Shown here in pieces: positions 12,975 through 24,966 of a stretch of 64,000 nucleotides of DNA. Source of the DNA: Oopsacas minuta. Its lineage: Eukaryota; Animalia; Porifera. A model generated the notes under the pieces. That model saw only the letters and a program-made list of their open reading frames with translations, did no database searches and had not been told where the DNA came from. A program made the position numbers and the translations under genes. The stretch is taken from assembly GCA_024704765.1 (NCBI GenBank), contig JAKMXF010000309.1, positions 62,001-126,000 on the forward strand, written 5' to 3'. How positions within the stretch are numbered: position 1 is the first letter of the stretch; each line of letters begins with the position of its first letter.

Positions 12975-13935
12975 TAATGTACGAGCCTTTGGCTGGTCGC
13001 TTCGCGGTGAACTTGGCGTGTTGCGCCTCGAGGTATACAGCGGAAAACAAACAGACAAACAACAATTGAGATGTAACAATATTGATGTTGTTCACAATAT
13101 TCAGACTCAGCATAACGATTACCCCAGTGTAGTCGTTCAAAGCATGATTCTATCTCAATTTTAGCATGGGACTCAGCACTTCGTGCCTCGAATTTTCAAA
13201 AGTATAAAATTGACAAAATGAATTAACATATTTAACTACAGTCAAACTTGTCTATAATGGCCACCGAAGGGATTAACCAAAAGTGGCCGTTATAGAGAGG
13301 TTGATCGTTATACACTAGTTTGGTAGTAACTTTATGTTAATGGTAGTGATAAAGAGAAGTCGGTCTTTAAGACAAGTGACCGATATAAAAGATAGTACAA
13401 TGGAAAGAATTAATGATGAACACTCAAAGGACTTGTCAAAGGTAGACATTATAGGAAGCGACCAGTATATAAAGTGGCAGTTAGATAAAGGAATTGGCCG
13501 CTATACAGAAGTAGTGGTCGTTAAAGACAGGTTAGCGCACCCAAGGGACCAAAAATGAGGCCGCATTGAGCAGGTGGCCGCTATACAGAATTATTCTAAT
13601 GGGAAATCGGAGGGAATCGTTTTAGGTGCCCGTTATAGCATGGGACCGTTATAAGATAAATATTGCCGTTAGGCATGTTTATATCACACTCATGAAATCA
13701 AAAAATACATTTACTGTAGTTGTTTCGAAAAGTGCAACAATCAGATTCCACTTATTGATAAATTTAGTCAAGTGTTATTGAATTTTGTATACTTTCTTTG
13801 ATAAAACGATAAATCATAAGTAAATAGTTATGCGACACCTCAGAAGAGAAAAATTCGAATTCGATACAACATTCCATTAATCCTTTCCTCGACAATGAAC
13901 AAACAAATAGCAACAATTACAATTGAATAATATAG
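12975..13935 (+). mobile_element. Helitron/DINE-like non-autonomous element interrupted by a MITE
   Basis: The 5' part (acgagcctttggct.gtcgcttcgcg.tgaact.ggcg..ttgcgcctcgaggtat) and the 3' part both match the uninterrupted copy at 33545-33980. Confidence 0.6.
13239..13680. mobile_element. Tc1/mariner-pogo-type MITE (mirror of 10749-11113, ~100 bp longer)
   Basis: Starts (ta)cagtcaaacttgtctataatggccacc; the other end is degenerate (gccgttaggcatgttt). Confidence 0.7.
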
Positions 13936-13993
13936 ATTAGAATGTTATGTAAATCCATAAAGATAACGATTAGCATTTACAGAAAAATACACG

Positions 13994-15118
13994 TTAATAC
14001 AGAATACCGCTATGATAGCGATCAATTAGTGGTCTGATCATCTCATCATGATAATTCGGCTTTCTTTTGAACTTTTTCACACAAACAAGAATCATTAAAC
14101 AAACTGAGTAAACAGAAAAAGGTGCAAACATGATCAATAGTGGAATTACTGATAAAAAATCATGAATTTTGTGTAGATAGTGTATGAATAAGGAAAGTTT
14201 TGCAGAATATAGTACCTTCAAATCAAAACTGTTACAGGGGTATGTGTATGATAACATGTCCAGAACTAATTGAAAAAATACAATCATTATCGCAAACAGT
14301 AACCCTAAACATAATAGAAAGTTGAATACCCGAAAAGATAGGTAATTATTGTATTCAATTTGATACAGCCTTCCATTTCCATAGCATTGTTGTATTTCTC
14401 TAACTCTTCCAATCAATACCAGTCCTAACTTCCTTCCATAACGAATAAGAATGAACCAGTCAATTAGGAAAATGAAATATGCCAAATTGTGAAAGTAATA
14501 AGTGTATTTGTTAAAAAATAGCAGAATCATCAATGAAGAATATGCTCCATATGCTATTAATGGTAGTTGTATATTTGATTTACGGAAGAGATATCTATTT
14601 GTTAGATATTTCATTAGGGCACAAACTAATAGTACTAAACTGCATAAAAGTATCACTAAAATTCCTTCTGACAACAAAACAATCGGTTGATTGTATTCTA
14701 CATATTCAATTCCTTTTAAACATGCAACTTCTGGATTAAGTGTTACATTATTGAAAGTATTCAGATCTTCATTAAGTACAATGTAAATTCGCAATATAGA
14801 CGATGACAAAATCCAACTAATCTCTGTAATACAAATAATTAATAGAAACATTTCCTTGATAAGAAATGTATTTTCATTGTATAAGTTCCATTTTCTTTTT
14901 TCTTCTTCTTCAAAACTCATTCGAAATAATATTTTGAATTGTTTAAGTTTTTTCATTCGGTTCTTGATCTTCAAAGACAATGAAATTATCCAAAATGTGT
15001 AGAATATGATTAGTAATAGAAAGATAATTATAAATATTGATAACTTTAAATATGACTTAAAACCCTTAAATTCATATTCCCAAAATGAAATTCTGTAAGA
15101 ATCAAGGCTAGAATTCAT
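13994..15118 (-). CDS. Orphan intronless 7-TM-like membrane protein, family copy 4 (374 aa)
   Basis: Intact ORF; inverted duplicate of copy 3 (MNSSLDSYRISFWEYEF start). Confidence 0.88.
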   Translation of the reverse strand: MNSSLDSYRISFWEYEFKGFKSYLKLSIFIIIFLLLIIFYTFWIISLSLKIKNRMKKLKQFKILFRMSFEEEEKRKWNLYNENTFLIKEMFLLIICITEISWILSSSILRIYIVLNEDLNTFNNVTLNPEVACLKGIEYVEYNQPIVLLSEGILVILLCSLVLLVCALMKYLTNRYLFRKSNIQLPLIAYGAYSSLMILLFFNKYTYYFHNLAYFIFLIDWFILIRYGRKLGLVLIGRVREIQQCYGNGRLYQIEYNNYLSFRVFNFLLCLGLLFAIMIVFFQLVLDMLSYTYPCNSFDLKVLYSAKLSLFIHYLHKIHDFLSVIPLLIMFAPFSVYSVCLMILVCVKKFKRKPNYHDEMIRPLIDRYHSGILY

Positions 15119-16959
15119 ATTTTAATCTAGTTAGTGAAGTTTTCACAAACTATTTCAATGGTAGATATATATGTGCATAATTCTATAATCATACATACAT
15201 TTCCTTATATATATTTGGTACATTACTGACATACCACTACATACAGGACAGTGTAATTGATATGATGGAATGAATATATCATATTTGTATTTGTGAAATA
15301 ATTAGATATTCCATCTTGCGAATTCTGCAGTTCTTTAGGGAAGTAATAATATTGTGTAAAGTGCTAACACAGGTGTAGTTTCTTTGCGAAATAATATTAC
15401 TATTGAGACTACAGAATTTAATATTTGTAATCCTAATTAATCTCACTGTCGCTGCGTTTTGAATACTTATCGTTTGAGGATCATATTAACTAACATTTGA
15501 ATTATACAAAGTTCACCAAAAGTGAGAGAATAAAATTACATTGGAAACCGCATATTAGTAATTCGTCTAATAGCAAAATCTACATATTAACAACATTCTA
15601 ATTAAAATCGAGTGCAGTTTTGCATGGTATATAGTTCGCATAATTGCACGGAAAATTCTTGCAAAATACGATTTGCTCATAGGCGGTATCCACTGTATTG
15701 TCTTCCTTTCCCAGGATCATCTAGCACTACTGCAATGATCAAAACACTCATTCCTAGATATCATAGAGGTATTCTATATTAACTTGCCATATAGTTACAC
15801 GTCATAATACTAATATTTTGTGTTATGTAGCTTGTTTTAGAAGGTTGTCATGTTTAGAACGTCATAACTCGTAAAATCAAATAGACAACTACTCTTACTA
15901 ACATACAGAATGATTTTTTCATTCTTCATTCTGTATAGTAAATAATTCTACATTAATAATATCTCATAAACCATAAAGTTTAAAATAGTGTAATTGAATT
16001 CTGATATATTAAATACCAACGTTTGACGATTGGGAGCAAGTAATTCAGGGAAGTTCCCATATTTTGGGAAGAAATGATTCCCGTGATGTTATTAATTAAA
16101 ACAGTCAGAGGATAGTAATGAGTCGTGTCCGGTCGGGTCGCAAGGACTCGCACGCAGCGGGCTTTTCGGCCGGATTCCTCCCCCCCCCCCCGGGTCCAAC
16201 TCTGGGATATTATTCAGGCACACGCGGCACGCCTACAAGCAAGAGAACAACAATTAATGTAAATCCAGGCAAATGACTGATTTTATGGGATTTCCTCAAG
16301 GCATATAACTATACAGTATACATCAACCCAGAGTAAATTATGTGACGTATAATTAGAAAGATTTACTGGATAGATAACTGTCTACACCAAAATATGTTTA
16401 TTTCAACAATACTTTCAGGATAGAATGATACAAATGTACAGCGATCAGACTGGTAGTGCAGCTGAGACTCTGAGACATGTTTCTTCTCAATGAACAAAAT
16501 ATTTTGTAGTTAAAACCAATTGATTTCTGTTATTCGAAGTATTAGTAATTTGTATGAAAAATATTTAAATATGACAATCATAAGATAAATAAGATAGATA
16601 CAGATTTGGAAATGCCAAAATTAGAATCCATTACTCAATTATCCTGATTAACCGTTGTAATGAAATCTCTAACATAATATATTGAATAAATATTGCCATA
16701 ACTACAATGGTAGTTAACTAATTGGGAGATAATGCAAGGAATAGCAGTTTAGAAAAAATCAAATTGATATCATGAATAATCATTATCAAATTTCTTCAAA
16801 TAATTACATTGACATAATCGTAATCAAGTCATAAGGTATAAAGCTTATTTCCCAATAAGATCTTTGAAATTAATACTAACATTTTTGCTTTTCACTTACG
16901 TAATTCTAGGAGTATAGAAACTATAAATACATTGAAAATTATGCAATAGAAGGGGAAAT

Positions 16960-18087
16960 ATGAACGCAAGTGAAGAACGCTCGAGTCTATCCTTTTGGAC
17001 CTATGAATTGTATGACTTTTGGTCATATGCTAAGTTTTGTGTACTGATACTATTTAGTACAATAGTTATTATCCTCTACACATCATGGATAATTACAATT
17101 GGTTTGAAAATCAGGAATCGAATGAGAAATCTTAAACAACTGAAAATAGATATTAGATTAAATTTTGAAGAGGAAGAAAAACGGAAATGGGAATTATACA
17201 ATGAAAATACATTTTTTACCAAAGAAATTTATCTATTAGTGTTGTGTATAACTGAGATTAGTACAATTATGTTGCAAGTGATATTGCAACACTATCTGCA
17301 ACTTCGAAAGGACTGGATGCAATTCAAACAGAATACATCAGAATTTAATCGATTTGAATGTGTAAACGGGACAACATATTATACAAAATATTACCAAATC
17401 GCCATTTATATGAAGGGAATTTTGTTGATATTATTGCACATTATAATATTAACAGTTTGCAGCTTAATGTGTTATCTAACAAAAAGATATTTATCCCGCA
17501 AAACTGAGAGACAACTGCCATTGTCATTTTATGGAATTATCTCTTCATTGGTAATACTGTTGTTCCACAATAAATATACTTACTCATATAGGTTTTTTGA
17601 GAACATTGTGTTTGTAATTGACTGGTTCATTCTTATTCGTTATGGAAGAAAGTTAGGACTGGTGTTGATTGGAAGAGTTAGAGAAATACAACAATGCTAT
17701 GGAAGCGGAAGGCTGTATCAAATTGAATACAATAATTACCTATCTTTTCGGGTATTCAACTTTCTATTTTGTTTAGGGCTATTTGTAAGCCTCATACCCA
17801 ATAGCATCAATTTATTTACTGATTTTGTAAAACAACAAGCGTACCCATGTGATAGCATAATTGTTCTTGAATTATCAAATCAATTTTACCATTTTCTGCT
17901 TATATGATCGGATATTTCAAATTTCATTTTTTCTATTGGATTATTCATTACTTTTGCACCAACAATAGTACTTTCACTTTGTGTTAGCATTCGTGCTTGT
18001 GTAAAAAGATTCAAGAGAAATAAGAATTTTCATGAAGAGATGATCAGGCCACTAATTAATAAATACCATAAGAGTATTTTACATTAA
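16960..18087 (+). pseudogene. 7-TM family copy 5, full length but with one in-frame TGA at 17905-17907
   Basis: After the TGA the same frame continues SDISNFIFSIGLFITFAPTIVLSLCVSIRACVKRFKRNKNFHEEMIRPLINKYHKSILH* to TAA 18085-18087. Confidence 0.8.
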
Positions 18088-18689
18088 TAATCATATTAGC
18101 CATGAAGGATGCTCATCAATACTTGTAGCGTGTTTAATAACAAAATAATCTGTATTAAGATTGTAGTTGTATATATATAAACGGAATATATTACTGATAA
18201 ATGAAATGAGATGGTGCAGTGTTTTTCAAATTCGGCGATACGAGACTTGAGGGGGACGATAAAACAGTCAGGGGCGTTAAGGCTACTGGGTTGGGGAAGG
18301 GCGATGGTTCTACACAAGTTTTATGTAGATGTAGTTCTTGTGGGTGGGATCCGCTAAGGGGGCGAACCCCTGAAAACCGCTGATATAGTGCTAACTGATA
18401 GGAGGGCAAACGAGACTCAATATTTGTAGATTATATGTCTCTGAATTTTACCTTATGTAAGTATATTAACTGCATATTGTCAAAATATAAATGTTCACTG
18501 AAGGATATTTATAACAGTGATATATTCCATAGCCAATGGGTCATGGCTTTCATTTGCATAATACCCGGCACGGCCGACAGTATTGAGGCTTCTATTTAAC
18601 CATACTGTAGAACCTAGAAGTCACGTCAAATAAAGACTAACCATTGCTGGACCATGGACTTTAGTCAATTATAGATTATGAAATATAGA

Positions 18690-18973
18690 GGGTATCGGTT
18701 ATAAATCTCCGTACGATACGAGATATCGGTAAAATATTTGAAAATATCCGATAAATTATCAAAATATCGGAAATATCGGAAATATCGGAAAATAATAAAA
18801 TATCTGAGAAAATATCAAAATTTAGGGAAAATATCGAAAATAACGAAAGAAAAGATGGAAAATCAACATTGATATTTCGATATTTTCCGATATTTTCGAT
18901 ATTTCGAAATGTTCTTGATATGTCTTCGGAAATCCTGATATTGATGTTTTTGATATTTTTTCATAACCAATAT
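18690..18973. repeat. Foldback-like repeat built of 9-bp AATATCGGA units facing inverted units
   Basis: aaatatcggaaatatcggaaatatcgga followed by gatatttcga/tattttccga units; related copy at 35855-36125. Confidence 0.65.
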
Positions 18974-19324
18974 TAGGGCTTGCAATCTCGGGATCCCGAA
19001 CTTGTATAAGTTAGTTGTTCTCTTTTGTAAGTGCAATTGGCTTAACTTCAGTTACTATGAAACTATTCTCATTTTCATTATTATTGAACTGGATTGAGCG
19101 ACAGGACTTTGAATACTCTTTATTTCATTAGAAATACAAGTTAAATATAGATAATAAATAAGATAGGCCAAGTTCATTATTATATTACATATATTACATA
19201 TCTTGTGCGTAAATGCAGCAAAGTTTAACTTCATTCAATAAAATACAACTTATTATATAATTGTAATAATTATTAATCCCGAAGATCCCGGGATTACAAA
19301 AAAAGCCCGGGATTGCAAGCCCTA
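18974..19324. mobile_element. hAT-superfamily MITE (351 bp) with perfect 8-bp TSD
   Basis: TIR tagggcttgcaatc ... gattgcaagcccta; identical TSD accaatat at 18966-18973 and 19325-19332. Confidence 0.9.
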
Positions 19325-19891
19325 ACCAATATACCAATGGTTGTCGTGTATTATAGTGAATATAGGTCAAATCAGGAATAACTAAAAGCTCCCGTGTCCC
19401 GACGATAAATTCAAATAATTATGAATACTAATGTAAAAGCATGTACAACTCATAATGATAATTCCTCTATCATTACGAGTTGTATATGCATTTTGCATTA
19501 GTATTCATAATTGTTTGAATTTATCGTAGGGACGAAAGTTGAAAGTATAATTATTATAATGACATAATATTAATTAACATTCTACTGTCCCTGAGTGAAT
19601 TATATTAATCAGAATAATTACAGAATTGTGTATAATCATACTACCCCAAATTCTATAAAAATACTTTTAAACTGATTACAAATTATATCATAAGATATTA
19701 CAATCTGTGCCGACAGCTTAGTCTATTAACTAAGTGGGACTAGTAATTGGAGGCACTATAACAGGTGAGGTTTGCCTCCAATTACTATAATGATACACAA
19801 ATTTAATTAATATGCTAAGCTCTCGGCATAGAATGTAATTTAGATTTTTACTCTGCCGAGACTACTATTGTGTAAAGCGTACCTAAATGCT

Positions 19892-19892
<1 letters not shown>

Positions 19893-19929
<37 letters not shown>
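19893..19929. repeat. (TAT)n microsatellite, about 12 units
   Basis: Direct reading. Confidence 0.95.
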
Positions 19930-22493
19930 TATCATATGATTAATCAAATTTTCACACCTTTTGGGGAATATTCAAAATTGTCCTAGAGATTAGCTTTCAC
20001 GGCTATTTAGGCTAAATAAGGATGTAGAATTCGATAACGACACTCTCATCTGTTAAAACACGATTATTAATATACAATTTTATTTGCTAAAACGGATAAT
20101 ATAGTTTCAATAATCCAATGAAATAATTGGTAAAATTAAGTCGGCGCATACTGTGATTTGAGATTTTTAATATATTATAATCTTTGTTTACAAAATTCGA
20201 ATTCGTAAACGTATTAATCTTTCTAAATACCACACCGGCTGGATTCGGTTAGCCGGTTAACCGCTGCTATATCCAGTTAACTGCTAGGATAAATATATTC
20301 GGTTAACCGAATAGTGTCATTTTCATCAATATGTTCAGTGTTGCTGAGTTTTGAGATGTACGAAAATTATACACGAATTCTGCTAATTAGGTATTTATGT
20401 GAAGTTACAAAACTGATACGCGATCTGTGATCCATTGTGCATACGCGTAGTAGATGAAAATTCAATGTGAAAATACAACTGAATAACTTCATTAGGAGTT
20501 ACAAAATATACTGAATATATTCAATATTTGTATTTCTATGTATATTAGCATATGATTCATGCATGAATTGAATATTTAACATACAATAATTGAGAAATTA
20601 ACTGATATTATCTGGAAGATATTTCTTATCCATAATTACTATGAGAATGTAGAATTTAAATAATTCTTCAAGACAGAGTTTATCCCTCAATTAAGGATAA
20701 ATATATTAATATTCTAAAACTTAGTAGAAATTAATAGAAAATTTGTATACCCATTAAAATAATTTTCTAAAACTAATCCTGAGAATTGATATGGGTCTAC
20801 AAATAGCAATGCATTAAAGGAGGTGAAGCACACCCCGCTTGTGACATGGAGGCGAGGGAGAGCACTTAATTCTCTGACAAATAGGTATATGTCTAAATAA
20901 GATTATACAATATCTATTCATTTAAATAAATCGTTTGAATACTCTATACTTATATCAGCATTTTAACTCGCACTATCTAGAAATTAATTAAGTCTTAGGG
21001 CTTATAATTAACTACCAAAAAGCCATAAGAAAATTGGGAGATAAATGCATATACGTATGTGTATAAAAAGATTAATTCATATTAAATAATAAAGAGCAAA
21101 CAGCATTGCATAATTCACATTAATACTTTTCGTTGAAATAATTAATGGATAAAAGAGAAGCTTGGAATTTAGATGGAAGTAAAAAGACAGATTATTTAAT
21201 GGCCAAAAGGAAACAGAAATTGGTACGTCTTTGTATATTAAAATATTTATTGAACGCATATCGCGAAAAACGTTATAATTTCGAGAATTAATGAAATTTG
21301 ATAAAATAATTTTGTGAAAGAATTTCAAATAATATCCGGTCGAAATAAGAGGCAAATTTTAACTCAAAAACCTCATTAGTAGTTGGAACTGAATGGATAA
21401 CATTATAGATACACAAGCTAAATGTGTGAAAATACGATTAATCAAAGATAAATTCTGTACTCAAATATCTAGAAATACAAAAATAGGAATCTAGAAATCC
21501 AGATTAGGCCTGACTAGTATTTGAAATGGAATATCTAGCATCATTCTGAAATACGAGCCTAGAGCAAAATGTGTGAAAGTTGACTAACCATTTGAAAAAT
21601 CTATATACTATTTGTGTATGATATTATCTGAAAACGGCTAGATGCACTAAGGTACCTCAAACAAATGTTGAAACCTAATCTTTAGCATGATTTTAATTTT
21701 TTGTTTGTATAGCCGCGAAATACGATTAATCAACAAAATGATGTCAAAGAGTTCACTTAAGAAAATCCATACCCTAGGTGCTAATCTCCTTCAAAAATGT
21801 ATATTATAACATTATCAAATCAATTTGATTTACACTTGATATATATTTGTAGAAATATTGTTAATTATCCTTTGTATAAACTTATATTTTAAGGTAAACT
21901 GATCATTTCTGTTTCAACTCTTCGCGGTATACATATAATATAATTGAGAGTATGTTGATTCAAATTATTGATTTATTTCACTTGAAAACAATACAAAATC
22001 ATACATTTTCATCTCTGCAGAGAATTTTAACTCATTAGAAGTTCACGGCCATTATTACAAAACCTGATCAAGCAGCTGATCAGAGTGTGGTCAGGATACA
22101 AATTAATTAATAGTTTAATCAAGGTTGAAACCGATCAAACTGAATATCAGTATTCATGAATAGCAACCTAACCGAATACTGAATACTGATATCCGGTTGG
22201 CAACCCAATATTGAACTATTCGGTTGCAACCTTGATATATTTGTATAAATGTATCTTGGAGTGGAGATTTGGTTGCAGTAATCACTCCAAGGATCCGGGG
22301 GGTATATGCTATGGAAAATTTTTTTGGACCTTAGCTCCTAGAAATTTCCCTTCAATAGGTTTGATACCCCAGGATATTTGCCTGATTTCTCTGATTTGTT
22401 GGTTGTACCCCAGAAACATTGGCTGTATCCTCGTCGGATGTGCTGCTCAAAACACTGTTTAGTGAAATTTTAATCACAATTTCTAATCTATAG

Positions 22494-22767
22494 AATCTTA
22501 GTACTGAAAGTTTAGCCAGTGGTATCAGTTCATCATATTATCCAACATCAAGAAATAGTCTGCCTGTGAACACACAAGAGATGAAATGCATTATCGAAAG
22601 CTGGAAAACTCCACTTCACAATGCAGCAGCTGCAGGACGATGTGATGAATTAAATCTTTTGCTGGAGTTTCCTCATATTAATGTGAACATACAAACTAAG
22701 AGATACAACGAGTATGAGGGACTGATTACCCTTGACAATACTCCGCTACATCTAGCTGCTAAAAATG
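22494..22767 (+). CDS. Ankyrin-repeat TRP channel, first recognisable exon (5' end uncertain)
   Basis: KTPLHNAAAAGR and NTPLHLAAKN ankyrin motifs; donor g|gtaaat at 22767/22768. The frame is open back to a tag acceptor at 22491-22493, so an upstream exon probably exists. Confidence 0.75.
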
Positions 22768-23171
22768 GTAAATAACTACATATATACTGCTGATCTGGAA
22801 ATTTCGAATAAATAAATTTGCAAAAAGTTTTCGAAAAATCTTTTACTTGAGCCGAGGCTAAGATCCAAGATACTATACAAAAATTTCCAACTTTGATATT
22901 TTTCATTATCCAATTTATTTATTTCGTGGCTTACATATTAACACAAACCAAGAGCAAACGAATTTTCATATATACAGTAAGTATTGACTCTCATTTAACT
23001 GATATCTGTATTGTGACAATCGTCTCAGAGCCACACACTAAAGTTCAATTCGGAAGTAGAAGATATGGAAATCACTTGATTAAATAAATTCTTTACGAGT
23101 AAGAACTTGGGTAATAGTCAATTTGTACAATTATCTATGTGAGCGTTGTTTGGATTACCTATAATTTCTAG

Positions 23172-23339
23172 GTAGAGAACAAGCAGTTAGTATTTTATTA
23201 AAGAGCGGAGCTGCCTGTGATATTCTGAACTCAGATGGCGCTACTGCATTGCACTTAGCTACTATTAACGGAGCTTCATACGAGGTTGTTTATAATCTGG
23301 CGAAAGAGAAGAAAACATTGTCAATGAAAGATAATAAAG
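23172..23339 (+). CDS. Ankyrin-repeat TRP channel, exon
   Basis: ctag| ... |gtaac, phase 1/1; encodes GREQAVSILLKSGAACDILNSDGATALHLATING...KDNK (ankyrin). Not in the ORF track. Confidence 0.85.
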
Positions 23340-23640
23340 GTAACAACCATATATACAGTAGACTATGAAAATGATGATTGTAATGACGTTCTATCGTGAT
23401 AATAACAAAGAGACAGTAAACATCTAAAATTATTAACGTATATAGAAATGCACCCGTTACTCGAATTCCCGTTATCTAGAATATTCACGATTTTGGAATG
23501 TTCTTTTCGCCTCAGCGTAAACCTACCAGTCTTAATGCCAATTATCCTGAACATTCAGTATTTTGAACAGAGTTTGATTTTCCCAAAAAGGTTCGAGATA
23601 ACAGATATCAACTATATTATCTATATTTTGTTTTCACCAG

Positions 23641-24048
23641 GGCGTACAGCTCTATTTTGTGCAGCTGTTGAAGGCTGGCACACACTAATCCCTATTCTTG
23701 CTGAGGAGAATATAGAAGATACCGATCTTATTGGAGAAACACCACTCATTGCTGCCACCAAAAATGGATTCTCACAGACTATGAAATCACTTATAGAACA
23801 CGGTGCATATATTACTAAAAGAGATAAAAAGGGTAATTGTGCATTAGACTATGCATTGATTGTGGACGAGAAATCTATTCAGGATGAAGAAATATTTGAT
23901 AATATTGTCTCTCAAATGCTAAAGTCTCAACCCAAAGAAAAAGCACTCTCGCATTTACGGCAATTGTTAGGGAAATATAACCATTTGAAATTGAAACAGA
24001 GTGTTTTTACATTGTTTGACATGATTCCAGAATTGAGAGCAATCCAGG
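23641..24048 (+). CDS. Ankyrin-repeat TRP channel, exon
   Basis: ttttcaccag| acceptor; GRTALFCAAVEG, GETPLIAATKNG, GNCALDYAL; donor g|gtgagt at 24049. Confidence 0.85.
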
Positions 24049-24966
24049 GTGAGTGTACATTACTATACATCTAATGCTAAAGCGAATTCTAACAATTTAT
24101 TCAGTTTTGCTGATTATGGACAAAAATGATAGATTTGAACCAGAATTAGGATCGGGTTCGGTCGGGTTCAACGGTGTCAGATTCAGTTCTAGCCGGCCCC
24201 TGACAAGTGAACTCGATTCAAAAACTCAGATTTGAACATCTTCATGACTTTGTATCGGTTGGCAGGTTTTGACATGAACTTTACATAAACCTGAAAATTT
24301 TTCCAATTGAAATTATATTGGTTTTGGATGGAGAAATTGGGGTACAAGGGCGGAATCAGGAATTTTGCATAGCGGATTGCTAATGTATTCATTCTAGGTT
24401 CCCAAATTTCCCTACAGCCAGCAATGACTATAGGACGGTTGGAACCCCACAAACCCCACTCTAAGATAAACAAATGTTTAGCCAACCGACTGGTAGTGCA
24501 GCTTAAGGTTATGCTTTTTTGTTCTTTTCAGGGCGGACACCTCCCTGACCCCCGTGTTGAAAAATATACAAAAAGGTGTAAAAAGTGTATGATTAATTAT
24601 ATGATAAAACCATGCTGATAGATAGAGAAAGGAAATTGTGTTCTTGAGTTATTGATGTAAACATTTCTGAGTAATTAACGTGCAATAAGTAACAAGTCAG
24701 CGGTTCCCACCCTTGGTGGACAACGGACGACAGCAGGGGATCCATAGTACCTCAAATATTGTATCGCTGTCTATGGGAAGAAGTTCATTAGTATAGAGGT
24801 TAGAACCGTAGCATTAAGGGCTGGAAAGTATTATGGATTAGAGACGAAAGGAATAGTAAAAGTAAAGGAAAGATTCATTAATGGAAACACGACAAAATAT
24901 TTAGTGGAAAAAAATAACAAAAATGTAGAAAAATGGGTAACATAAAGTAGTAAATATCTAAGAGTA

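Larger units (their letters stand above)
12460..15650. repeat. Right arm of large imperfect palindrome (partner 8820-12020)
   Basis: Reverse-complement similarity, e.g. 15590-15650 vs 8820-8880. Confidence 0.88.

Noticed and set aside
10796-13558. Paired 74-aa ORFs (10796..11020 and 13334..13558) that look conserved
   Set aside because: Both lie inside the duplicated MITE, so the similarity reflects the repeat rather than a protein.
17905-17907. Selenocysteine recoding of the in-frame TGA
   Set aside because: Paralogues have no Cys consistently at this position and I could not recognise a SECIS downstream; a CGA to TGA mutation is simpler.
18220-18420. GC-rich patch with a small hairpin as a tRNA, SINE or hammerhead ribozyme (similar patch at 24700-24850)
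   Set aside because: No cloverleaf, no A/B boxes and no complete CUGAnGA...GAAA core could be identified.
18730-18960. AATATCGGA tandem repeats (also 36000-36045) as a CRISPR-like array
   Set aside because: 9-bp units with no unique spacers, a eukaryotic context and no cas genes; better explained as transposon subterminal repeats.
21740-21800. ATG-initiated segment (MMSKSSLKKIHTL) as the first TRP exon
   Set aside because: Weak donor site and no homology support; left unassigned.
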